DNA from: Priapulus caudatus
Taxonomy: Eukaryota
Reading direction: 5' to 3'
Assembly: GCF_000485595.1 (NCBI RefSeq)
Contig: NW_014577085.1
Location: 713,494 to 763,551 of the forward strand
Length of the DNA stretch: 50,058 bases
Shown here: positions 11,501-23,500 of the stretch, one piece after another
Numbering within the stretch: the stretch's first letter is position 1
How the letters are laid out: each line of letters begins with the position of its first letter
Notes under the pieces: generated by a model
The model's input: only the letters and a program-made list of their open reading frames with translations
What the model was told of the DNA's origin: nothing
Database searches by the model: none
Made by a program: the position numbers and the translations under genes

Positions 11501-14500
11501 CTCCAGAATGCCACCGTACCACTTTCTTGAAATGGAGAAGTTGACGCTTAAGGGAATAGCTAATTCTGGCACCATCTATGAGTACACAGAGAACGTGTCT
11601 GTCCCCGAAGGATATGCGTAATGATCACTATGTGGTTCCTCATCTAAAGTCGTGTATAAATGAATAGCAAAATACATAAATATATAAATAAATATGTGTT
11701 TGCGTGCGTGCGTGCGTGCGTGCATGCGTGCGCGCGTGTGTATGTATCCGGTTATCATGAAGTGCATGTGTAGGAGGTGGGAATTCATATTCATCATTGT
11801 TTTAATTTCGAACACTCTGAAAGTCTATATGTGCCATTTATATAATATACTATGCAATATTATATTTTGGTGCTGCTAAAATGTCTATTCGCTCACTGTG
11901 ATAGGATGAAGGGCAAGCATGATTCCAGTGACCAGCGAGCAAACCTATCTTCCAGGGACTTTGAATACCCCTTGGTTGGTGCGTAGACCTATAACTATAC
12001 ATCTATTACTGTGCGTACTTTAAATTCATTTTTTAAGTATAACAAATGGTTTGAGAAATAGGAACAAATTGTTTTCTCATATAATCTAATCCAATTCCAA
12101 ACGAAGATACTGTTGTTAATGTTTCCATCGAATTGAAACAGCATGTTCATTTGTACTAATAACACTAAACAATATTGTGTGTGCACATCCTTCAGTGTGT
12201 ATTATAAAGAATGAACGTGATGATAAGATACGATGTAAACAGGGAGGCAGAAGGAGATAGGCATCATCATGGATGAGCTCTGTCTCATGAAAAGTACTGA
12301 TAGCAGCGTGAATCGGCAGCAGTTAGTCGTGTTCCACGGGGACCCAGGCATCGGTAAGACACGTCTAATGAGAGCAATCATGGACAAAGCAGAAGACGAA
12401 GGGATAAGGTATATAGCAGTGCTAGCAGTCATCCGCAGTGAATTGTAACACCTTCGAATTCTGTACTCGCAGGATTTCTATATGAGCGACTGTATTCTTA
12501 GAGAAAATATACTAAAAAAATGTGGATAATAACACAGTGGGTAAATACCGATTTAGTGGCTTTTACTATTTCATCCATCTTAGAGCTTGACATAGATTTA
12601 ACAGTGAGGATTTTCCACTTATCATTCACTGCACTTAGTTCTTCTGTGACAGGAATGTGAGACACTTCTGTAACAGAATAAGAGGGAGACAATAGTTTCT
12701 AAAGAAACATATATCTAAAGTTTGTGTTCTTAGTGTGATCAGTTATGAACTTTATCATCAAATGACTAACTCAGAATCTATGTGTGCTTCCAGGGTAATT
12801 GACTGCGCAGTGTCATCCAACGACACATCACACTACTTTGCAATTAAGACTCTCGTATCACTGATGCTGGACCCGGAAGACAGAATGAGTCAACATGAAA
12901 AAGAAGGCGTTCTCATGAACAGGCTGCGAGACAACCAGGAACTAGTCGACAGCCTCTGTCTACTGAATGATGTCCTTAACTTTCGTGTAAGTAGTAAGGT
13001 GCATGCCTTTTCACGAGGTGAAAGTTGCAAGCTTGCTTTCCTTTCCTCCTGTTGTCATGGATTGTCACAGCTATGGCACGATTAATTTTCTGCAACTTGT
13101 TCTGAACAAAATTAACTAAAACTTGCAATCAGAAATTTCACTCAAGGAAGTACAACAACCAAAATTCCCTTGATTTGTACTGCCCAGTGCACGACCTATA
13201 AGTGTAAAGATTTGAAAATTTACCTTCACTATCTGCTTATTATTAATATTATATTTATTATTTTTGTTAAGCTTGTAATTGCTTCATGCAAATCTTCTGT
13301 ACGTGCATATATCTGTAATTATAATATGGTTAAATCTTTTTGCACGTGTTACTTGCAGTTTCCCACGTCTGCTGGTTTGCCGAAGATTGATTCTGCCACC
13401 AGAACGAAAGAAGTGCATAAAATTCTACAACAGATTGTCCACGTGGTAAGCGTTAAAAATATGGTATGCATGTGAGAGTATAGAGTTGGTATATATTTCA
13501 TAAGAGATTGTACTGTAGGTTCCTATTCATACTTTTAATATATTATGTGGCTGCGCGTGTGCGTGTGCGTGTGCGTGTGCGTGTGTGTGCATGCATGCAT
13601 GCGTGCGTGCGTATGTGTTGTGTGCGTGCGTGTGTGTAAGTGTGTGCGTGTGTCTAGATGGATAGATGGATGGATGGATGGACAGACGGACGGACTGACA
13701 GATGGATAGACTGACGGATGGATGGTTTGTCTCTGTTTTGGCTTCCATTAGAGCTCTGTTGGTGCCCTTCATATTCATGATTTATGGTCTACCCTTGTTA
13801 TAGGGGCGGAAATGTGGGTGTAGGGGGGGTCAAGGTTCAGAAGACAAATTTCAAATACTCCCAGGGACGCGGTGAAAAATCGAAAACTTAATTCCCTTAA
13901 TTACTACTATGTAACAATATTCGAAGGTTCACGGAATGCAATTTCCACAAAATGATTTGTTGAATGTTTTTTTCACCGGAACTACGACTCATTACTCTCT
14001 GTGGCGTGAGACGCGCGCATGTCTCTGAAACGCGAGTTTTGTTTGCGTGCAGGTTGCTCGCGACCAACCCCTCCTGTTCACCGTCGACGACGCTCACTTC
14101 ATGGACGCCGAGTCGTGGGAGTTTCTCGACGACCTCGGCTGCGACAGCGCCGCGTTGTGCTGCGTGACAATGCGGTCGCTGAGCGATGGCACCGGGCTGC
14201 CGGAAGCCGCCCACCACGCGCTGAACGACGCGAGCACGCTGGCGGTGGCTGTCGGAGGGCTGGAGCTGGACGTGATAAACGCGCTCGCGTGTCAGATGCT
14301 GGACGTCAGCGCCGTGCCGCCGCAGATCGTCACGTAAGTACAGCCTCCTCTCTCTCCCCGCGCGCGGGCGCTGCAACGTACACGGGCGATTGTGATTGGG
14401 GTTAGGCCAAAACAAATGGTTACCGTTACATGCCGAAAAAAATAGGGTAGGTAGGTAGGGAAAACACTTTATTTTCTTGAAATATTTCATTTACGAACCA

Positions 14501-17500
14501 TGTCCGAAGGATGTGCGTTGTGCCTTTTGAAGCAGAAACTGTCCAATTCATATATTTTTTTAAATTTTATTTTTTTATTTTTTTTTACTTTAAAGAAAAT
14601 TGACAATAAAATGTTTAGGGTCGCTGGGAATAAATAGGGTTGGTCGGGGAACTGTAACCACACCTATATTTTGTTTTGTCCTTATGAGAGATTGGGGTTA
14701 TAGGGTTGTGATTCTGGTCAGTTAGTGTTAGGGTTGTGATTGGGGTGAGGGTTATTTTCGTGATTGGGTTTAGGGTTGTGTTTGGGGTTAGAATTGTGAT
14801 TTGGATTACGGTTAGGCTTGTTTGGGGTTAGCCGTTAGGGTTGTGCATGGTTTGGATTACGGTTAGGCTTGTTTGGGGTTAGGGTTGTGATTAGGGTTGT
14901 GGTGAAGGTTGTGATTGGGGTTAGTGTTATGGATGTGATTGCGGTTATGGTTTGGATTAGGATTTTGATTGGGGTTAGATGGAGTTAGGGTTATAGAGTA
15001 AGGGTTGTGCCTGCATGGAGTTAAGAATAGGATTGTGATTGGGAGTTGGGGTTAGGGTTGTGATTGAGGTTAAGGTTTGGGTTAGGGCTATGATTGGGGT
15101 TAAGTTTAGGGTTGTTATTAGGGTTAGGGTTGCTATACCCAAATTGTTTGGTATACCCACGCACACATTGGTGGCGTTCGCTAATGGTTATTTTTCTGAT
15201 TTTCGTATATAAGATTCTATATATCATCAACACCACCTTGTTGTTATCTCATATCTGTAATGCTGCTCGTCTCACATTTTGTGTGTTGGACAGAATGTAG
15301 TAAAAGAAAATGTAAAAGTGACATATATAGCAAAAGCACATAGCACATTTTTCCTTAGGAATGTAACCTATACTACTGTAGCCATAGGCATATGTGCATA
15401 GTAATTTGAAAAAAATCCCTTATTAAATTTGATTGCTTGCTAACATGCATAATTACATTTATGTGTGCTTGTAATGGCATGCTTTTCATGTGAATGCATG
15501 CATGCATATATCTGATATCAGTTGATAAGTAGAATTCAGTGATTTAACATAGCAACTAGTGATATAATCCACTTGAAACTAAAACAGACAGCGTTTTTGA
15601 AGAGCGTGAATAAACCAGAGCTCCTTAAGGGCTGGACACACTAGGTGATTAAATCGGGTGATAAAATTGCCGTGAAATCGCCTAGTGTGTCCACTCAATC
15701 GCCGCCGATTTAGTCGCCCGATTTCGTTGCCCGATTACATCGCATAGATCAAAACTTTTTGATATTATCGGGCGATTTTGTCGCCCGATTTTGTTGCCCG
15801 ATTTAATCGCCTAGTGTGTCCGGGGCCGGCGATAAAATTGCCCGATTGTACAATTCATCAGCCAATCAGNNNNNNNNNNCACGCACGCACGCACGCACGT
15901 GTACTTGCACACGCACGTGTACGTGCACACGCACACATGCACGCACGTGTACGCACGCACGCACGCACGTGTACTTGCACACGCACGTGTACGTGCACAC
16001 GCACACATGCACGCACGTGTACGCACGCACGCACGCTCGTATACGTGCACACGCACGCACGCACGCATGCACGCACGTTTACATACACACGCACGCACGC
16101 ATGAATGCACGTCTTATTCACTGGCGATTTAATCGCCTAGTGTGTCCACTCGACTCGTGCGATAGAATCGGGTGATTTAGTCGCCCGATTTAGTCGTCCG
16201 ATTTAATCACCTAGTGTGTCCGGCCCTTTAGTATCAAGAGCTCATAATAGAGAGATCTCTATTATGAGCTCATGTTAGTATTCAGCTTCACAGACATGAT
16301 TTAGGACTCTCAGAAAGTTGTCATGATAGTGTAATTCACATTTTTAATTTTTTCACACATTAATTAATTACAATTCACACATTAATCTTTTATCTCAGTA
16401 ACTCTTATAAACCTGGTACATTTTAGATAATGCCCAAGATATATAGTTGATGTGAAATGTCATGGTTATGATTAGAAATAGTATATTTACTGATGTGCAA
16501 TACCTATAGCGGTGAACTATAACGGAAGATAGACTTCTTACCTATAGATAAGTTGGATAGAGATGGTAGCGATAGATCTAACTGATGTTGTTATTCTAAC
16601 TGATATCCGGGTTTTCGGTGTTGCAGTCTAATGAAGGAGAAGAGTCATGGAGTGCCCAGCTGGTGTGACCAGCTGTTGAGGGATATGTATGTGAGTGGCA
16701 AGCTGCTCATTGTGAAACGCACTGACAACATGCAGCCTGGCGTTGCTGAGGAGAGCCTAACACGCAAACGACAGACACGCAGAGCCAGCATTGCTCCAAC
16801 CAGCTTAAAGGTGAGAGCCCACATAACAGTAGCGAACGTACCCTTAACAGTATCCTCCGAGGAGTACACTGCATTGATAGTAACGTGAAAGCAGAGTTTA
16901 CTCGCAAAGTTTTCGTTTTAAAGCACTTAGTGTAAACCGTTAGCATGCAGTGCCAGAAAGTAGTCATTGAATGCCAGGTTTATTTCTAGATTATTGTAGA
17001 CATGAATTTATTCATATATTTTTTATTCATAGCCTAGGTAATAATTAAAGTCCTTAACATGTGAATGTATTTTTATATCACAAACTACTCTGTTTTAGCT
17101 AGGGGTCACCCCTGTTGAAGAAAACAGTGTGGAGGTGCGCAAGGCAGAAGACTATGTGTGTGTCATAGCGCCCGGGGTGGCTCTGGAGCAGATTCAGATG
17201 CCTGACTCCATGAAAGGTACATGTATGACAATACATGCACAGTGGTCTACGAGGGGTTTTAACATATATAAGGCCGACAGGTTTGAGTTTTGAGCCGACC
17301 GGTTTGAAAATTACCGACAGGTTTGGATTTCAGGCCGACAGGTTTGGATTTCAGGCCGACAGGTTTGAAATATCAAAGCAAGAAACAACACAAACAAAGC
17401 AAAATGCAACTGAACTGCACTGTCGAACGGGACGACGTACGCGTAGTCACATCGCGCGCTTGTAGCATACACTATTACAGTCTATTACACTCTTTTACTC

Positions 17501-20500
17501 TGTGCATGGGCTCCCACTTGTCGGACAGTCGAGGCATACAGTGCGTCTTCTGAGCTGCTTGCTCTGATTCATGCGCACGTGCCTGTGTGTGCGTGCGTGC
17601 CTGCGCACATGCCTGCATGCGTGTGTGCGTGCGTGCCTGCGCACATGCCTGCATGCGTGTGTGCGTGCGTGCCTGTGTGTGTGTGCGTGAGTGCCTACGG
17701 GCGTGCCTACAGAGACCCGTATGATTATAGAACTGTAATCCATTGAAAATCGTAATGAAATTCTCGCCGGCACACTCGTGTGAGTGTCATTCCTGATTGT
17801 AGCTTTTTCCTCAATTTCAGGAAAGAGTTTTGCTGTCATTCTCTCATATTCCAGCGGTGCCCACCCCCTACATTTCAGTAGTGATTAGCACCACACGACT
17901 GAAACAATCGTGCCCCCCCCCCGTACTTCAATTAATGCCGCCCCAGCCAGCAGGCATGTATGCAGCGTCGATGTGCACAGCCACAGACGCGTTCCTCGCG
18001 GGTCTCTTTTTTCGGCGACCTTTGAAAATATAATGTGAGAATGTCGTGCGATAGAAGGATGTTAGGAATATTACACAATTAGAAATTTTTTAAGTTTAAT
18101 CGGGCAACTAGCCAAACTAATAACTTGTCTGACATAGACTTTCACTTGTCGTAAAAAAGGTTAAAATACTAGGTTGGCTGTTTGGGCCGGCTGACCGTAC
18201 CTCTAACAAAGCCCTAGAGTCGACTGCTTGATCAGCAAGAAATGTCACCTATGTTTAACTGGTAACATCCCAGTTGGCCTACTCCCATTTCGCCTACACC
18301 AATTTTGCCTACGTCCCATTTCGCCTACTCCCATTTCGTCTACTCTCAGAATCGGCAATATTCCCATTTCGCCTACTCCCATTATGCAGTGGTGGATCCA
18401 GAAGTGAATTCTAGGGGTGGGGGCGAATCGTGCGAGCTCAAGGGCCCCCCTGGCTACGCGCCTGGTCGAAACAGCCTGGCCATGGTTGTTCAAAAGTGGA
18501 TAGCGCTATCCACTGGATAAATCACTATCCAGTGAATACGACTGAATTATCCACTTTTGAACAACTGGTTCATTAAGTGTCTTAATCCAGATGAGACGGG
18601 ATACTAGAGAAGCGTTGCCGAAAGGAGGTGTTTATCCGAAGTGCTGCGCGATCTTCCGCGCAGTTCCGCGGCAAGGCGCACGCGACCGCGGAAAATTCCT
18701 ACGACAGTATGCAGCGCTGGCAGCTATGGATCCGTGCGCCGAATGCATAGGCCGCGCACGAATCCATAGCTGCCAGCGAACAGTCCGCAATTTTAGTGGG
18801 GGACACAGAGGGCAGACATTTGGAACGGAAACAGTGTTCCACTTGTTAAAAAACTTTGTAACCGGTCATGTGTTCGTATACCGACCCTGTGTCACTGGCG
18901 AAGTCACAGAAAGACTGTAGAAAATTCTGACATTCGTCGACGCTATGCCCCAGTAATGAAAGGCTGTCAGAATCAGGAAACACCTACTGCCGGCTCTGTT
19001 TCGTCACCTCATTGTCGCCCAACGCCTTGTGAACTTTCTGCACGTTGCAATGGCGAGGTCGCTACAAAGAGTTGCCCAAAGCAGTGCGCCGCCTGCCGCC
19101 GCCTATAGCCCATTAGACTGGCACTCCCCGCCCCACCCTCTCGGCCTTAGCTTAGTCACTCGAGGCAATCGAGGTTGGCGAGCGAGTCCTAGTCTATATA
19201 GCCTTTGGCACCTCGGCACCTTCTCGAAATGAAGAGTGAGGCCATATATATTAAACATTAAGACTTTCTACCAAAGATTACTTAATGATGGTATTTAATT
19301 CGCATCTACTAAACTCACTGCAAACCGCTTCCAAGGCCCGCTGTGTCTAGTATCTAGGGTTATTCTAACTCCCTAGCACAAAGAGCGTTCTCTGGCAGCT
19401 ACGTTAGTAGTACGTACTACTCATTACTCAGTAGACTAGTACATAAACTACTACTTACTATTACCATGTTAGCTACCGCCCGCTCCTGGTAAACTCATAC
19501 ATCATCTATACTTAGTAGTGCTGGTACTGTTAGGACTCACTACTCACTAGTCACTACTAATTCAGCTAGTAATCTATGTAAACACCTGTACTTCTAGTCC
19601 AATTAGAAATTGATTCTTAGCTGTGGAAGTGTACAAAGTCTAATGTTTAAAATAGCGGCCCTGGGCGAAGCAACACCCGAACCGGAAAACTCGTTAGCCA
19701 ATGCGTTTATCCTATACCAGCTCTCGTTGCCCCCTTAAGATAATCGTATCCTCTAATCCAGCCAGTCACCCAACGCGATTAGCCGCTTATATATTGTTAC
19801 AATTGCTGAACTAAAAAACTACCGTTATTTATCACAAGAAATGCGCGCCTAGTAGCGAACAACAAATTGGGAGCTTTTCTAGCCCGTCTCTACCTAACTG
19901 GGTAGTGCGATCCCTCGTGCAATGCGCAGAACTGCCGATGAGAGCGAAAAGCCGCTTTAACCTAACCCTAGAAGGCACGGCGTATACTGGCGTTGGGAAA
20001 AGGCAGCGAAATTGCTAAAATGCGCCGCTACGCGGCGTTTGAGCGCTTCGCGCGGATATCCGGCTGCAGATCGTCCAGTAATCCATGTTTTTCAAAGATC
20101 CAAATAGCATTTCTTTTCGCCAGTTTATAAACCACATTGCTGTAGGTTTTACTTTCGTTGCGGTATCTTTGCTGTAAATTTGGTAAGAAGAAGTTTTTCT
20201 CATCCATTTTTAATTAACAACTCGCAGCTCGGCCTTCTATCATGGCGGTCACATAACCAAGCATTGTACGTATATTATACATGCTACCCACACTATCAAT
20301 ATAGTTTCACCTTATTGTATATTTATTTGCATTTTTCGCACATTGCTTTATAACATTTTACTGGTTACATTCACACTAGTATACAAATTGAACAATGGAA
20401 AATGACTCATCACTCATGACTCTTGACTCAACCGAAATTATTTTGAAATATAGGTCATAAATTTTGTGCAAAAATGCTCCAAAATAATTAAGGCTCAGAT

Positions 20501-23500
20501 TGCACCAGCGAGCATCTAAAACCCCTGAGCTTCCACGGCCCTAGGGCGGGCCCTGCATGGACCCCGGTCGCAAGTGACTTCGCGCTTTGCGCACATAATT
20601 TCAAATAACATCAAAAGTACTCCTCTAAAGTTCCCAGTTTTACATGTTTGAAATTTAGGTTGTGGACCATCCTGATACATGTCTCTTACTGTCTACCTAC
20701 TGCTCTACTACGTCTTATCAGAAGATGGCCTAGTTGATCCTGTCACCATTAGGGTATTCTGTGGGTATTCAGGAGGACTAGAAATGTGCTTGTTTTCACA
20801 TGTTCTGTACATCCAATTTTACCTGTGATTATTTATGTTTTCTATGTTCTTCTAGGTTGGCAGTGCTTCTCAGTTCTTCTGTACTTCTCATGTTTATTTA
20901 TATTATCCGCACTTATCATTTAATTTTATCAATATTATTATTATTAGCTCGGCTGACGAAGTCGGATGCAGCTTGTATAATCGCATGAATGTCCGTCCGT
21001 GCGTCCGGCCGTCAGTCCGTGTGTCAATTAACAGTTACGGCACAAATCTTTACCGCTCGACGTACGGTCTTGATATTCGGGACGTCGGGGGGGATCGCGA
21101 AAAGGAATCGGGATGGCGAATTTGGGGGTCAAGGGTCAAAGGTGAAGATGTGTCAATGGAGGGGGAATATTTCCCCCTTAACTTAAGGTATAAGAGGAAA
21201 TACGGAATTGCGGCACAAATCTCAACGGCTCGACCTACGCTCTTAATATTCGATGTATATAGTGTGATGGGGAGGAAACCCATCACCAGCGCGAAATTGG
21301 AGGTCACAGGTGAAAGGGCAATGGCGGAAAGGTCAGATATCAGACATTTTCTGAGGACATGGTCTAACGGACCGAGTGAAAAACTTTTTTGTTTCAGTGC
21401 TGACCTACCATTTTTATCACTTTATTGAAAGGACCATGAAATGTATTTTCTACTGACGTGCGAAGAGTAAGTGTCTGATGACCTTTTGCCCTTCAAAGGG
21501 TAGTTTAACCTTTTGACTGTCAACAAATAACTGAACTGCTTTTGCTAGTAGAGCCCCCGTCCAACCTGCCCTCCTCCTCCCCCTCCCCCTCGCCCTCCCC
21601 TCCCCTCCCCGCTCCCCTCCCCACCACCCTGTTATCAGAAGAATACCCGGCTACAGGTACACGTCAGTTGAGTGCCCGCGACGCTGTCGCCTCTGCTGCC
21701 ACTTGTTAGTTTATCCACCTTTGTTGTATATAGGCATGCTACTAGCCAGCAAAAATGGCACTCGATTGAAAGCCATTCGACCGAGGCCTGCGGAGGTGGA
21801 AATGAGTGCGGTCCGTGCATTGGCATGTCGTTCACCACGCCGATACATACTTGAGCGCATCATAGCCTCGATGCGAAAGCCCGCCCGGCAAGATAGTGCT
21901 GCCCTCCAGCGTCTCATGGAGAGAAACAAGACACTGGAGTGTGCGAATATTGCTCTAGCACCCAAGGATAATGCAGCTAGCTATGTTACTGGACAAGGAG
22001 CTGCTCTGGTCATTTGTGGCACAACAGACAAAGCCAACGGCCTCGCTGATGCGGTTCATCAGCGTGAATGGTTGCAGCGCGCAATAATTTTCCGGCGTAT
22101 CGCCATCGCAATTCGCGCGATGTATTTTCAGCCATTGGCTACGCAATTTCTTTATTGATCCGCGAGTTGTGCAGGATGCAGCCCATGCGAGATTGAGTAA
22201 ACGGAAAACATACATGTGTTACAAGTTTACTTTTATTCTCGGGCTGCTTTATCCCGTGCAATGCAAAAATGCCACGGTATACAGCCGGATTCATTATTGA
22301 CTTGGTTAAACACCGAAGGCCCAACTCGTTGACTTGAAACGAATCCTGCATCCCCCCCCCCCGACATCAAGTCAATATGCGCCCCCAAGCACGGTGGAGT
22401 ACACAGGCTACGCTGTGCTGGCGCTGCCACGCTCTCGGCCGGGCCCTGCTTTCCTTCGGCGACCTTGATAATATAAGAGTGAAGGATGTCCGGTTGGTCG
22501 AGGAGCTCGCCGATAGCCGGTACCTTCAGCAATCCCTGAAACTGTATTTCATCAAGTGTTTGGAATGATAACGCTAACGGAACCAACATTTAATTAAAGT
22601 TTAAGAAATTACTGTTTATACTCGCCAACATGGCGCGAGTCAGGCTTTAGCTTTCAACTCGCGCCGGCCCGAATATTAATTTTCACTCGACATGCGACGG
22701 TGGCCGCGGGCGCGGATGTGGCCAAGCGTCGCACGCTGTTTTAAACGCTGCCCGGGCAGCCATTACAGGAATCGCGTAGTGTGGCTACGGCTTAAGCTAG
22801 CTGTGCCTGTCACAGGCAGACACGCCAAGCATGCACTGCGGTGTAAATTTGCACTGTGATTGTCTGAAAAAAAATGGTATACAAATTTATCCAATTGCTA
22901 TGCAAAATTTATTTTGTATAGCACATTTGCTATGCAAATTTTTGGCTGGAAATTGTTCCCTGGGTTGTACAAATGTATTCTAATCGATGAAGAATGATGA
23001 CGATATGTCACTGTTGTTCCTGCTGCTCGCCTTATCCCATCAATTTGAAAACACTCCCTGTCCGATCATGTCACAGTCATTCGATGACGCCCGAAAATCG
23101 ATTTGGTGTCATTTATTGATGGCTTTTTTTGCAACGACCCATAGCAAGTTCCACTGAGAATACATACCGTAATGTTATCTCGATGACAAGTACTGAATGA
23201 CAACAAGAATGCCATATATAATGTAATATAGTCGTGTGTAAGTCTAGGGAGTGTATGAGCTGAGTCTATGTCGCTGTCTTCAGGTTCAAGACAGCACTGA
23301 TGCATGAGACGGCCTATGAGGTACTGCTGGAGAACCAGCGCATCGAGCTTCACGTCACCTGCGCTCGCTTTCTCGAGAACCAGACCTACAGGTGCCTGCC
23401 ATGCGGCGGCAGCGACTTTGTACCAGCCACCCACCTGCAGAGCACCACCACTGGCAAGTCCCTGCGCCCAAAGAGCGGAAGACCGATAGGGACTCACCGA

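Noticed and set aside
13897..14490. 197-aa minus-strand ORF (also 23066-23566)
   Set aside because: Antisense shadows of GC-rich sAC exons with no recognisable motifs
14688..15132. True telomere or chromosome fusion point
   Set aside because: Single orientation, degenerate, and inside an intron of a continuous gene
15778..16175. His/Arg/Cys-rich ORFs
   Set aside because: (GCAC)n microsatellite next to a gap
20973..21428. 151-aa ORF
   Set aside because: Lies in a HINE copy; the frame is not kept in the other two copies and there are no Rep/helicase motifs
22377..22568. Coding-looking fragment (possible LINE remnant)
   Set aside because: Too short and noisy to assign; fits no sAC motif I recognise
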